This document shows positions 49,479 to 59,776 of a stretch of 64,000 bases of DNA, one piece after another. The translations under genes and the position numbers were made by a program. The stretch comes from a virus. Lineage: Duplodnaviria > Caudoviricetes. Location: positions 69,307-133,306 of IMG/VR virus record IMGVR_UViG_3300021400_000126. One strand, 5' to 3'. The notes under the pieces were generated by a model. The model was not told the DNA's origin and searched no databases. It saw nothing but the letters and a program-made list of their open reading frames with translations. Each line of letters begins with the position of its first letter. Within the stretch, counting starts at the first letter, position 1.

Positions 49479-51807
49479 TTTAATAAAAGAATTAAGTACA
49501 AACTTTATTGAATACGCCGCATCCGTCAATTCAGATAGAGCGATACCGAATGCTACTGACGGTCTCAAACCAGTTGCTAAAAGAATTTTATATGGAGCTT
49601 TCACAGGAGGAAGAACTAGTAATAAACCTCATGTAAAATGCGCGAAGATCGTTGGAGATGTAATGGGTTCTTACCATCCTCACGGAGATTCATCTATATA
49701 TGGTGCATTGGTTCGTCTTGCTCAGGATTGGATAATGCGTTATCCTCTTATTGATTTTCATGGTAATGTAGGGAATCAAGCGGGAGATGGACCTGCCGCA
49801 CCTCGTTATACAGAAGCAAGACTTTCTAAATTAACAGAAGAAGGTATGCTTCAAGGTTTAAAGAAAAATAATGTTGATTTCATTCCTAATTATGATGAAA
49901 CAACAGAAGAGCCTATTGAATTACCAAGTATTTTTCCGAATCTTCTTTGTAATCCCAATAGCGGAATTGGTGTTGCTATGGCTTGTTCATGGGCACCGCA
50001 TAATCTTGGTGAAGTAGCTGCGGCGATTAATCAGTATTTGTCTGGAAAAGAACCAACTTTACCTGGTCCAGATTTTCCAACGGGAGGAGTTATTATTAAT
50101 TCTAAAGATATTCCTGCAATTATGCGAACTGGACATGGTAGTGTAAAAATTCGCGGTAAATTTGAAATTGATAAACAAAAAATTATTTTTACAGAAATTC
50201 CCTATGGAACATCTGTTGAAGGATTAATGACTGAAATTGGTGAAGTTTCAGACGCAAAGGAAATTGAGGGCATTGATAATATCCGTGACGAATCTAATAA
50301 AAAAGGTATTAGAATTGTTATTGAATGTGATAAAGGTATCAATCCAGCAAGTATTGTAAATAAACTTTTTGCAAAAACAAAATTACAAAATTCATTCAGC
50401 TATAATCAAGTTGCTCTTGTTGATAAGGTGCCAACTGAATTAAATCTTAAAGATTGTATTAAAATTTATGTTGATCATAATATTGATTGCATAATAAGAG
50501 AAACCAAATTTGATTTAAATAAAGCTATTGATAGACTTGAAATTGTTAATGGTTTACTGCGGGCACTTGAGGATATTGACAATATTATAGCATTAATTAA
50601 AGGCTCTGAAAATGCGACCGCCGCAAAAGAAAATTTAATTAAGAAATACCAATTCACAGAAAATCAAGCTAAAGCAATTTTGGCTATGAGACTTTCTTCT
50701 CTTGCAAAACTTGAAAAAGTTGAATTAGAAAAAGAAGCTAAAGAATTAGAAAATAAAATTAATAATTTAAAAAATATTTTATCTAGCGAAAATAGACAAA
50801 AAGATATTCTTAAATCTCGTCTTGCAGATTTGGTTAAAAAATATGGAGATGCCCGCCGCACAGAGTTAACTCATATTGAATTTAAACCAGAAGATAAAAT
50901 AATTGAAGAAATAGTTCCTGAAGATTGTGTAGTAATACTTTCTCAAACAGGGAATATTAAAAGAGTTCCAAAAAAATCTTTTAAAATCCAACGTAGAAAT
51001 GGGAAGGGCGTTAAAACAAAAGACAATATTATAATGTCTACAATTTCTACTAATACTATTGATAATTTACTTTTATTTACTAAAAAAGGTAAAATGTTTA
51101 AAATTATTGTAGATGAAGTGCCAGTTGGGACAAATGCATCAAAAGGTGTTCATGTTGGAACTTTAATTAATATGGACCAAGATGATGAAGTAATTGCTAT
51201 TACTTCTCTTGCTAGAAGTAATACAGCAAAATATGTAGTATTCTTTACTAAACAAGGATTAATGAAGAAAACCTATCTTGATGAATATACTAAAATAAAA
51301 CGTAGCACAGGCATCGCTGCAATTAAAATTAATGATGATGATTCTATTGCTAATGTTGAATTTATTAACGAAGAAGATATACTTGTAATTACAAAAAATG
51401 GTATGTCTATTCATTTTGAAAGTAAAAATATTAATCCTATTGGAAGAATTGCGGCAGGTGTTAAAACTATAAAATTAGATAAAAATGATGAAGTTGTTGT
51501 AGGACTTCCAATCCATTCAGATAATGATATCGTTGCTATTTTTTCTACAAAAGGATATGGTAAAAAGACTTCTATTAAAGAATTTACAGTTCAGGGTAGA
51601 GGCGGAAAAGGATTAGTAATTTATAAACCAAGTGTTGTATATGGACAAATTGTTGGTGCAACAATTATTTCAGATAATGATACAATTCTTCTTACTGGTC
51701 AGCCGAGTTCTATATGCATTGCCGCAACAGATTTACCTTTATTAACTCGAACAAGTTTTGGTAATATTATGGTAAAATCTAATATTTCATCCATAGTGAA
51801 ATTTTAA
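49468..51807 (+). CDS. gyrA: type IIA topoisomerase subunit A
   Basis: DGLKPV, HPHGDSS, PAAPRYTE catalytic Tyr, C-terminal pinwheel with QRRNGKG/QGRGGKG. Confidence 0.92.
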   Translation: MQSDLIKELSTNFIEYAASVNSDRAIPNATDGLKPVAKRILYGAFTGGRTSNKPHVKCAKIVGDVMGSYHPHGDSSIYGALVRLAQDWIMRYPLIDFHGNVGNQAGDGPAAPRYTEARLSKLTEEGMLQGLKKNNVDFIPNYDETTEEPIELPSIFPNLLCNPNSGIGVAMACSWAPHNLGEVAAAINQYLSGKEPTLPGPDFPTGGVIINSKDIPAIMRTGHGSVKIRGKFEIDKQKIIFTEIPYGTSVEGLMTEIGEVSDAKEIEGIDNIRDESNKKGIRIVIECDKGINPASIVNKLFAKTKLQNSFSYNQVALVDKVPTELNLKDCIKIYVDHNIDCIIRETKFDLNKAIDRLEIVNGLLRALEDIDNIIALIKGSENATAAKENLIKKYQFTENQAKAILAMRLSSLAKLEKVELEKEAKELENKINNLKNILSSENRQKDILKSRLADLVKKYGDARRTELTHIEFKPEDKIIEEIVPEDCVVILSQTGNIKRVPKKSFKIQRRNGKGVKTKDNIIMSTISTNTIDNLLLFTKKGKMFKIIVDEVPVGTNASKGVHVGTLINMDQDDEVIAITSLARSNTAKYVVFFTKQGLMKKTYLDEYTKIKRSTGIAAIKINDDDSIANVEFINEEDILVITKNGMSIHFESKNINPIGRIAAGVKTIKLDKNDEVVVGLPIHSDNDIVAIFSTKGYGKKTSIKEFTVQGRGGKGLVIYKPSVVYGQIVGATIISDNDTILLTGQPSSICIAATDLPLLTRTSFGNIMVKSNISSIVKF

Positions 51808-51862
51808 AATTGAGGGGTTTATAAACCCCTCAATTGTTTTTTATAAAAAAATATGTTATAAT
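51807..51862 (+). terminator. terminator plus sigmaA-like promoter
   Basis: AATTGAGGGGTTT-AT-AAACCCCTCAATT; TTGTTT-17-TATAAT. Confidence 0.7.
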
Positions 51863-51893
51863 ATATTTATAAAGTAATAAGGAGTAAAATAGA

Positions 51894-52079
51894 ATGTGTG
51901 GTTTTTGTGAACGCATTGAAACAAAAAACGATTATAAAGAAAAACCTTTTTGGGAAAGAGATAATTGTATTGTCAAATATAATGAAATTTATGGATTATG
52001 GGTTGAATGTAACGATTCATATTTTAGTGGAGTGGCAATTAATATAAATTACTGTCCTATATGTGGAAGAGAATTATAA
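51894..52079 (+). CDS. small Zn-binding protein
   Basis: MCGFC..YCPICGR. Confidence 0.7.
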   Translation: MCGFCERIETKNDYKEKPFWERDNCIVKYNEIYGLWVECNDSYFSGVAININYCPICGREL

Positions 52080-52099
52080 TTTATAAAAGGTAAAAATAT

Positions 52100-54064
52100 A
52101 TGGAAGAATGGACAATTAGAAGTTTAATAGATGAATTAAATAGATTAACAAAACTTTATGATGCGGGTCACCCAGAAATTTCTGATAAAGAATGGGATGA
52201 TTTATATTTTAAATTACAAGAAATGGAAAAAGAAACTGGGACTATTTATCCAGATTCACCGACTCAAAATATTTATTTTAAAAAAGTATCTAAATTAGAA
52301 AAAATTCGACATACCCACCCCATGTTATCTCTTGATAAAACAAAAAATATAGAAGATATAAAAAAATTTGTATCTGGACATGATTGGGTAGCCATGTTTA
52401 AGCTTGATGGATTATCATGCTCTCTCGTATATATAGATGGTAAATTTGATCATGCTGATACTCGTGGAAATGGTGAAGTTGGAGAAGACATTACTCATAA
52501 TATTTATGCCATAAAAAATATTCCATTAACAATTCCTACGACAAAAGAAGTTATGGTAATTGATGGAGAAATACTTTGCACAACAGATAATTTTGAAAGA
52601 TTTCAAAATGAATATAAAAATCCTCGTAATTTTGCTGCGGGAAGCATTAGATTACTAGATGCACAAGAGTGCGCTCGCCGCAATCTAATGTTTGTAGCTT
52701 GGGATTTTATTCAAGGTTATGAAAATAATTCTTTTATGCATCAGTTAGAAGAATTAGATAATTATGGTTTTATTACCGTCCCAAGAGTGGGAGATGCTGA
52801 AACAGTTGATGACACTATTAAAATTTTAAATAATTGGAAAGAATTTACAACTTTTCCTATTGATGGATATGTATTTAGATTTGATGATCAAAAATATTAT
52901 AATAGCTTGGGGTCAACTGCTCATCACGCTCTTGGAGCAATGGCTTTTAAAATGTATGATGAAACTTATTCAACTAATTTAAAGTATATTCAATGGACAA
53001 TGGGAAGAACTGGTGTTCTTACCCCAGTAGCAGTATTTGATCCTATTGATATTGACGGTTCAACAGTAGAAAGAGCATCTCTTCATAATGTAAGTGTTAT
53101 GAAAGAAATTCTTGGTGAATGTGCTTATGTTGGAGAACCATTAAAAATATTTAAAGCAAATCAAATTATTCCACAAATTGCGGAAGCTGGACCAAAACAT
53201 GATTATGGTTATGTAATTACTCATAATGGAGTATCTGCTAACGATGCTATTGAAAGATGCCCCATATGTAGCGGTGATATTGTATATATAACCAGTGATG
53301 ATGGAGTAATTAATGCATATTGTGATAACCCTCTCTGCGAAGGTAAATTAGTAAATAGACTTGAACATTTTTGTGGGAAAAAAGGTCTTGATATTAAAGG
53401 ACTATCCAAAGCAACTTTTCAAAAATTAATTGATTGGGGATGGGTAGATTCTATAAAAAATATATTTTGGCTTTATAATCATCAAATGGAATGGATGGAT
53501 AAACCAGGCTTTGGAAAAGCATCAGTCTTTAAAATTTTAGATGCAATAGAAAAAGGAAAACATACAACATTAGATAAATTTATATCTGCGATAGGAATTC
53601 CCCTTATAGGACAGACCGCAGCAAAAGTTTTAGCAAATCATTTTAAAACGTATGAAGATTTTCGTACAGCTGTAAAAGATAAGGATTATCATTTTTTTAA
53701 CCTTGATAATTTTGGTGAAGAAATGGAATATCAATTAAAACATTTTGATTATTCTGAAATGGATGAACTTTCTAAAATTTTAATTTTAGAAACCACTATT
53801 GTTAACAATGAAACAATAAATAATAATCTTAAAGGAAAAACTATTGTTATTACAGGAAAACTTACAAATTTTAAAAATAGAAATGAATTAAAATCAGTTG
53901 TTGAAAAAAATGGCGGAAAGGTTGTAGGTTCAATTTCTAGTAAAACAGACATACTTATTAATAATGATGTAAACAGCACATCGTCTAAGAATAAAACAGC
54001 TCAAAAACTAGGTATTCCAATTATTTCAGAAACTGACTTTATGAAGCAATACCTTGAAAAATAA
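52100..54064 (+). CDS. ligA: NAD-dependent DNA ligase
   Basis: HPMLSL, KLDG, TRGNG, NPRNFAAG, Zn finger, HhH, BRCT. Confidence 0.95.
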   Translation: MEEWTIRSLIDELNRLTKLYDAGHPEISDKEWDDLYFKLQEMEKETGTIYPDSPTQNIYFKKVSKLEKIRHTHPMLSLDKTKNIEDIKKFVSGHDWVAMFKLDGLSCSLVYIDGKFDHADTRGNGEVGEDITHNIYAIKNIPLTIPTTKEVMVIDGEILCTTDNFERFQNEYKNPRNFAAGSIRLLDAQECARRNLMFVAWDFIQGYENNSFMHQLEELDNYGFITVPRVGDAETVDDTIKILNNWKEFTTFPIDGYVFRFDDQKYYNSLGSTAHHALGAMAFKMYDETYSTNLKYIQWTMGRTGVLTPVAVFDPIDIDGSTVERASLHNVSVMKEILGECAYVGEPLKIFKANQIIPQIAEAGPKHDYGYVITHNGVSANDAIERCPICSGDIVYITSDDGVINAYCDNPLCEGKLVNRLEHFCGKKGLDIKGLSKATFQKLIDWGWVDSIKNIFWLYNHQMEWMDKPGFGKASVFKILDAIEKGKHTTLDKFISAIGIPLIGQTAAKVLANHFKTYEDFRTAVKDKDYHFFNLDNFGEEMEYQLKHFDYSEMDELSKILILETTIVNNETINNNLKGKTIVITGKLTNFKNRNELKSVVEKNGGKVVGSISSKTDILINNDVNSTSSKNKTAQKLGIPIISETDFMKQYLEK

Positions 54065-54150
54065 AAAAATTTTATATATAATATATTTGTAAAAGTTAAT
54101 AAGATATAAAATAAAAATATTTTGACTTTATAAAAATTTTTTAGTATAAT
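54054..54150 (+). promoter_or_regulatory. tandem sigmaA promoters
   Basis: TTGAAA-17-TATAAT (54054) and TTGACT-17-TATAAT (54122); similar promoters at 46387, 46955, 56594, 57036, 59201. Confidence 0.75.
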
Positions 54151-54195
54151 AATATTATAAAACAAATAAAATAAAAAATAAGGAGAAAAAAGATT

Positions 54196-54480
54196 ATGCT
54201 TAAAGAAAATAGTAGAAAAGTTTTTGATTATGTAAAGGAACATGATGGAGAAGATTTTACCGCTCAGGATATTGCGAATGCAATTGACCTTTCAGTTAGG
54301 TCTGTAAATGGAATTATCACTTCTGCTTTCCAGAGACATAAGGATGCAGACAAGAATGAAGTACCGTTGATGGTACGTGTACCTGCTGAAATTGAAGATC
54401 CTGAAACTGGCCTCCATAAGGCAATTAAACTTATTCAGCTTACAGATGCAGGCAGGGAGTTCGATCCAGACGCAGAATAA
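54196..54480 (+). CDS. winged-helix DNA-binding protein
   Basis: FTAQDIA..SVRSVNG..LTDAG. Confidence 0.75.
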   Translation: MLKENSRKVFDYVKEHDGEDFTAQDIANAIDLSVRSVNGIITSAFQRHKDADKNEVPLMVRVPAEIEDPETGLHKAIKLIQLTDAGREFDPDAE

Positions 54481-54542
54481 TTTATATTAAATTATGAGGG
54501 CTAGATTTAATATCTAGTCCTTATTTTTATATTGGAGAAAAA

Positions 54543-55517
54543 ATGATTATATTAAATATTATTTGTTTTATTAGTTTAATTATAAGTATATTTTTATTTT
54601 ATATAACAAATAAAATAAAAATACATAAAGATATATAGCAAATAGAATATTCAGATAATTTAAAAAAATAGATTCATGATTTAGAATTAAATAGAAACAA
54701 TCTTATAAACTCATAGATTAAAAAAAGAGAATAGTAGCATATTAATTTTATTGAATATCAAAAATATTTAAATGAATAGAAATAGAAATTAAATAAAAAA
54801 TTAATAAAAGAACAAACTGACAAAAAAGAAGAAATTGATAAATACTTAAATAATTATCAAGAAACAACTAATTATAAAATTAAATAGATAGAAGAAGAAT
54901 CTTCTAAAGAAATAGAAAATATTCATTTAGATTTACAAAAAATTCGAGAGTCTGCAAAAGAAGAAAAATAGCAAATTCAAAATGATATTAATAAATTAAA
55001 GGCTTCATTGGCGGCAGGCGTATAGGCGAGACTCCGCGAACAAGAAAAAAAAGATAAAATTAATTTTTATAAATTATCAATTAATAATATAGATTTAGCA
55101 GATGTAAAAAAATTAGAAAATTTAAAATTATCTCTTCATAAACCTGTTATTTTAAGTAAATTAATATGGACTCAATATTTTCAAAAACAAATGACAGAAT
55201 TATGCAATAAAATTCTTGGAAAGAAAATTGTTTGTGGTATTTATAAGATTACCAATTTAAATACAGAAGAATGTTATATTGGACAAAGTGTCAATATAGC
55301 AGATAGATGGAAACAACATTGTAAATGTGGATTAGGAATTGACGCATCTACTACAAATAAATTATATAATGCTATGCAAAAAGACGGTGTATGGAATTTT
55401 ACTTTTGAATTATTAGAAGAATGTCCAAAAGAATTATTAAATGAAAAAGAAAAGTTTTGGATATAGATGTATCAAAGTAATAAATTTGGATATAATATTA
55501 TGAAAGGAATAAAATAA
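54543..55517 (+). CDS. membrane-anchored coiled-coil GIY-YIG nuclease (324 aa, ~11 TAG)
   Basis: N-terminal TM, long coiled coil, CGIYKITN..YIGQS..RWKQH..EKFWI*..GYN. Confidence 0.8.
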
Positions 55518-55730
55518 ATGATAAAAGTATTTACTTTAAATAAAAATAAAAAAATTGAATTAACTAAATAGGAATTAGAACAACTTTTAAATGAAAGCTA
55601 TTGGGAAGGTTATAATAGTAAAAAAATCACATATTGGACCTATACCTCTCCTTCTTCATATCCTCTTTTTAATAATCCTTGTAAAATTACTTGTACTGAC
55701 GGTTCTATGAAAATGGAAATAGGAGATTAA
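55518..55730 (+). CDS. hypothetical protein (70 aa, 1 TAG)
   Basis: abuts both neighbours; IELTK*ELEQLL. Confidence 0.6.
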
Positions 55731-55731
55731 T

Positions 55732-56604
55732 ATGAAATTTGAAAAAACATGGGTAGGTAATTTTGAAGGCGCTTTCCGAGGAATGAGAAATCCAAAAGAA
55801 AGTTGGGATAAAAGTGATAGCTATTTCACTATCGCTAATTTAGACTATTATGATGGCGATATGAAAATTGCAGATAAATGGATTGCTGAATTTCATCCAG
55901 AATTAAACTGGCCTGAGGAATTTTCTGAAGAAGGCGCAGAATTAGCAGAAAAATATGCGGATAAATTACTTAAAAATGGAACTTTAAAATTAAATGAATA
56001 TGATAATGTTGGAGAGTTTGCCATGATTGGTCCAAAAGATATGAAGTTGGCTCAAACTCTTATTAAAGCAGGTCCTGAGCATCGTAAATTTTTACGACAG
56101 ATTTTTGTTTCTGTTGATATTACCGCACCATTATATTTTTGGAAAGAATTAGATACATATAAAGTTTCAACTGTTGCGAATAGTACTTCTACCATGCATA
56201 AATTAACAAGTAAACCTATTACAATTGATTGTTTTGAAATAGATGATTTTAATAAAAATTTAAAATACTTTCAAACAAATACAACAGAAATGTTGTCAGA
56301 TATAATAATTGAGCAATTAGAATTTCTTCGTCAAAAATATATTGAAACAAAAGATAAAAGATACTGGAAAGAACTTGTGCGGTGGTTGCCTGAAAGCTGG
56401 CTTCAAACTAGAACATGGACTGCAAATTATGAAACTATTCGTGCTATTTGCTCACCTGGTCAAAGACGTTCACATAAACTTAATGAATGGAGTGGATTAG
56501 ACGATCAATCTAAAAACAACTTTATTAAATGGACAAGATCTTTACCCTATGCTCAGTATTTAATTTTTGACGATGAAAATATTCCTTTTCAAATTGAAAA
56601 ATAA
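55732..56604 (+). CDS. thyX: flavin-dependent thymidylate synthase-like
   Basis: EHRKFLRQ, APLYFWKELDTYK, STSTMH, LPESWLQ, RRSHKLNEW. Confidence 0.75.
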   Translation: MKFEKTWVGNFEGAFRGMRNPKESWDKSDSYFTIANLDYYDGDMKIADKWIAEFHPELNWPEEFSEEGAELAEKYADKLLKNGTLKLNEYDNVGEFAMIGPKDMKLAQTLIKAGPEHRKFLRQIFVSVDITAPLYFWKELDTYKVSTVANSTSTMHKLTSKPITIDCFEIDDFNKNLKYFQTNTTEMLSDIIIEQLEFLRQKYIETKDKRYWKELVRWLPESWLQTRTWTANYETIRAICSPGQRRSHKLNEWSGLDDQSKNNFIKWTRSLPYAQYLIFDDENIPFQIEK

Positions 56605-56668
56605 AAAATAAAATGTTATAATATATTTATAAGATAAAAATTATATTATAAATGAAAAGGAAAAACAT

Positions 56669-57046
56669 ATGACAAAAAAAGAAGCATTTATTCAAATTAT
56701 TGAGTATTTATTTGAAGATCAAGATATAAGATTAGCGAATATTTATGCAAAAGAATGGCCTTTAGCAAATGATTTCTTTAATGAATTAAAAGAAGGTAAA
56801 ATTAAAAACTCTGGTGCTATAACTGAAAATGGGAAAAAGATACTTTCTTGGACACAAGAGAATGTAGATACTATGAATAATATTTTTACATCAAAAGAAA
56901 TTGCAGAAGCTCTTTTTACATCTGGACGCTCTGTTGCGGGGTCTATGAGAAAATTAGTTAATGATGGTTATTTTGAAAAAGTTGGTAAAGATCCCGTTCA
57001 ATATTCTCTTACAGAAAAAGGAGAGGCTTATCAATTTGACAAATAA
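56669..57046 (+). CDS. winged-helix protein
   Basis: FTSKEIA..GRSVAGSMRKLV.DG..YSLTEKG. Confidence 0.75.
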   Translation: MTKKEAFIQIIEYLFEDQDIRLANIYAKEWPLANDFFNELKEGKIKNSGAITENGKKILSWTQENVDTMNNIFTSKEIAEALFTSGRSVAGSMRKLVNDGYFEKVGKDPVQYSLTEKGEAYQFDK

Positions 57047-57105
57047 AAAAATTTTTGTTATAATATAAAAGTAAAAGTTGATTAATAAAAGGAGAAAAAA
57101 ATTAA

Positions 57106-58077
57106 ATGAAAGCAAATGCAAGATTTATTAATACAGAAAAAATTGAAGGATATGTTTATAGTACAGGAAGCAATTTTAATCAGCTTTCAGAAAGAGTAAC
57201 AGGAGAAAATTCTAAGAATCCTGGTACTAAATATATAGCAGGAGATTTAGATATTGCTGTAGATGAGAATGGATTAAATGTAGTAACCATTCATTATACA
57301 TATGTAACTCCTACTTACAGAAGCGGGCAGACTAATAATACCTACACCGCCCTTAAAAAGATTATTGATAATCCTGATAAAACATGGGTTAATGGTGGAA
57401 AAGATAATGCTTTTAAAGTTCAGTGTACTGGAGTATCTATTGCATTGAATGATTTTATTGCAGGTGATGGTTCAAAGATTGCAGCAGTAAGAAATGAAAA
57501 TGGTTTCTGTTCTATTGTTAGTGCTTTAGGAGCAGAAAATGAAAGAAATACTTTTACTGCTGATATGCTTATCACTAAGATTACTCGAATTGAGGCTAAT
57601 GTTGAAAAGAATATTGATAAGGATTTTGTAACAGTAAGTGGAGCCATTTTTGGATATGGACCAGTTATTTTACCTATTTCTTTTGTAGTTAGAAATGAAA
57701 TGGGTATGAATTATTTTGAAAATTTAGATATTACACCTTCAGAGCCTGTTTTTACAAAGGTTTGGGGTCATATTAATTGTATGACTATTAAGGTAGAAAG
57801 AACAGAAGAGTCTGCATTTGGAGAAGCTGCTGTTCAGAGTTATGAAAGAAAAAGTAGAGAATATGTCATTACAGGAACATCTAAAATTCCATATGACTTT
57901 GGAGAGGAAGATGTTTTAACCATTGATGATGTTAATAAAATGGCTCAGGCTAGACAGGTAATGCTTGCAGAAGTAGAAAAAAGATTTAATGAGAGACAGG
58001 CTAATAAGGCTAATGGCGGTGTTAATTTTGGTGGAGAAAAGGTTGGCACAGTTCCTGAAGGAAAATTTGTATTTTAA
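57106..58077 (+). CDS. putative ssDNA-binding protein
   Basis: beta-rich; lies next to the Sak4-like ATPase and helicase. Confidence 0.5.
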   Translation: MKANARFINTEKIEGYVYSTGSNFNQLSERVTGENSKNPGTKYIAGDLDIAVDENGLNVVTIHYTYVTPTYRSGQTNNTYTALKKIIDNPDKTWVNGGKDNAFKVQCTGVSIALNDFIAGDGSKIAAVRNENGFCSIVSALGAENERNTFTADMLITKITRIEANVEKNIDKDFVTVSGAIFGYGPVILPISFVVRNEMGMNYFENLDITPSEPVFTKVWGHINCMTIKVERTEESAFGEAAVQSYERKSREYVITGTSKIPYDFGEEDVLTIDDVNKMAQARQVMLAEVEKRFNERQANKANGGVNFGGEKVGTVPEGKFVF

Positions 58078-58131
58078 TTAAAAGGGATTATATAATCCCT
58101 TTTAATTTTAAAAGAAAGGAGAAAATGTTTT

Positions 58132-59166
58132 ATGGCTAATATAGATATTTTTAGTGTCCAACCTCATCAAGTAAGCAGAGATTTACGTGGGTATAGTGTA
58201 TTCTTTTATGGAGAACCTAAGAGCGGAAAAACCAGTACTGCCGCAAAATTTGAAAAAAATCTTCTTTTAGCTTTTGAAAAAGGATACAATGCAATTCCAG
58301 GTATTATGGCACAACCTATAAACAATTGGGCAGAATTTAGAAAAGTTTTAAGACAGTTAAAAGATGTCAAAGCAAAAGAAATGTTCTCAACTATAACTAT
58401 TGATACTTGTGATATTGCATATGATTATTGTACTAAATACATTTGTGATAATGCCTTAAGAGCGGATGGCGGCTATGGAGTAGACAGCGTTAGTGATATT
58501 CCCTATGGTAAAGGTTATGGCATGGTATCTAAGGAATTTGATGAATGTCTTAGATCTATTGTTATGATGGATTATGGACTTGTTTTAATTTCTCATGCAA
58601 CTGATAAAACTTTTAAAGATGAAAATGGAACTGAGTATAATAAAATCGTTCCAACTTTAGATAAAAGAGCAAATAATGTTGTTGCTAGAATGGCAGATAT
58701 TATTGGATATTCAAGAATTATAACAGATAAAAATGGAAATAATTCAACTAAATTATTTATGCGAGGAACTCCTCGTTATGAAGCTGGATCAAGATTTAAA
58801 TACACTCCTGACTATATTGATTTTACATATGAAAATTTAGTAAATGCAATTGGAGAAGCGATTGATAAGCAGGCCCAGGAAGATGGAGAACAGTTCTTTA
58901 CAAATGAAAGAAAAAATGTTTATCAAGATACAACTAAAGATTTAGATTTTGATGATTTAATGAAGAAGTCTAATAAACTTATTGAACAAATGATTGAAGA
59001 AAATTCTGAAGAAAAATTTAAAGAATATTATCAACCTAGAATTGTTCAAATTACAGATAAGTATCTTGGTAGAGGACAAAAGATGAGTCAGTGTTCAAGA
59101 GAACAAACTGAAGCATTATCTCTTATTTATGACGACCTCTTAATTTTATCTAAAGAAAATAAATAA
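58132..59166 (+). CDS. AAA_24/Sak4-like ATPase
   Basis: GEPKSGKT, FEKG, IDT, LISH, ADIIGY. Confidence 0.8.
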   Translation: MANIDIFSVQPHQVSRDLRGYSVFFYGEPKSGKTSTAAKFEKNLLLAFEKGYNAIPGIMAQPINNWAEFRKVLRQLKDVKAKEMFSTITIDTCDIAYDYCTKYICDNALRADGGYGVDSVSDIPYGKGYGMVSKEFDECLRSIVMMDYGLVLISHATDKTFKDENGTEYNKIVPTLDKRANNVVARMADIIGYSRIITDKNGNNSTKLFMRGTPRYEAGSRFKYTPDYIDFTYENLVNAIGEAIDKQAQEDGEQFFTNERKNVYQDTTKDLDFDDLMKKSNKLIEQMIEENSEEKFKEYYQPRIVQITDKYLGRGQKMSQCSREQTEALSLIYDDLLILSKENK

Positions 59167-59263
59167 AATAATAAAGATGTTTTGTTAATAATATAAAAAT
59201 TTGACAAAACATCTTTTTTTTATTATAATATAATTAAAATATAATATTTTAAGGAGTTTTAAA

Positions 59264-59776
59264 ATGGCTCATAAAGTTATTTGTCTTTATTGTAAAAAAC
59301 AATTTGATCGAGATAAAGAGCCGACTCAAAAAGTTTCAGCAAGAAGATATGCACATTTAAATTGTTGGAAAGAACATCTTGCTAATATGAGCAAAGAAGA
59401 AAAAGATATTCAAAATTTTTTTGATTATACTAAAAAACTTTTTGGAGAAGATTATAATTATATATTAACAAAAAAATTAGCTGAAAGATATGTTAAAGAA
59501 AATAATTATACCTATAGTGGGATGTTAAAAACTTTAAAATGGTATTATGAAAAAGAGGGACATTCAATAGAAAAAAGCAATGGCAGTATTGGAATTATTC
59601 CCTATATATATAAACAAGCATTAAATTATTATTATGCTCTTTATCAAGCACAATTAGTTAATAAAGAAAAAGACCTTTCTAATTTTACAACATCAAAAGA
59701 AAGGATTGTTGAAATTGAATCTCCACGTGTATATGTGCGGCCACCGCATATGTGGTTTGAGGAGGGTGATGAATGA
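59264..59776 (+). CDS. Zn-finger replication-associated protein
   Basis: CxxC..HxxC, GIIPYIY; overlaps the helicase start. Confidence 0.6.
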   Translation: MAHKVICLYCKKQFDRDKEPTQKVSARRYAHLNCWKEHLANMSKEEKDIQNFFDYTKKLFGEDYNYILTKKLAERYVKENNYTYSGMLKTLKWYYEKEGHSIEKSNGSIGIIPYIYKQALNYYYALYQAQLVNKEKDLSNFTTSKERIVEIESPRVYVRPPHMWFEEGDE

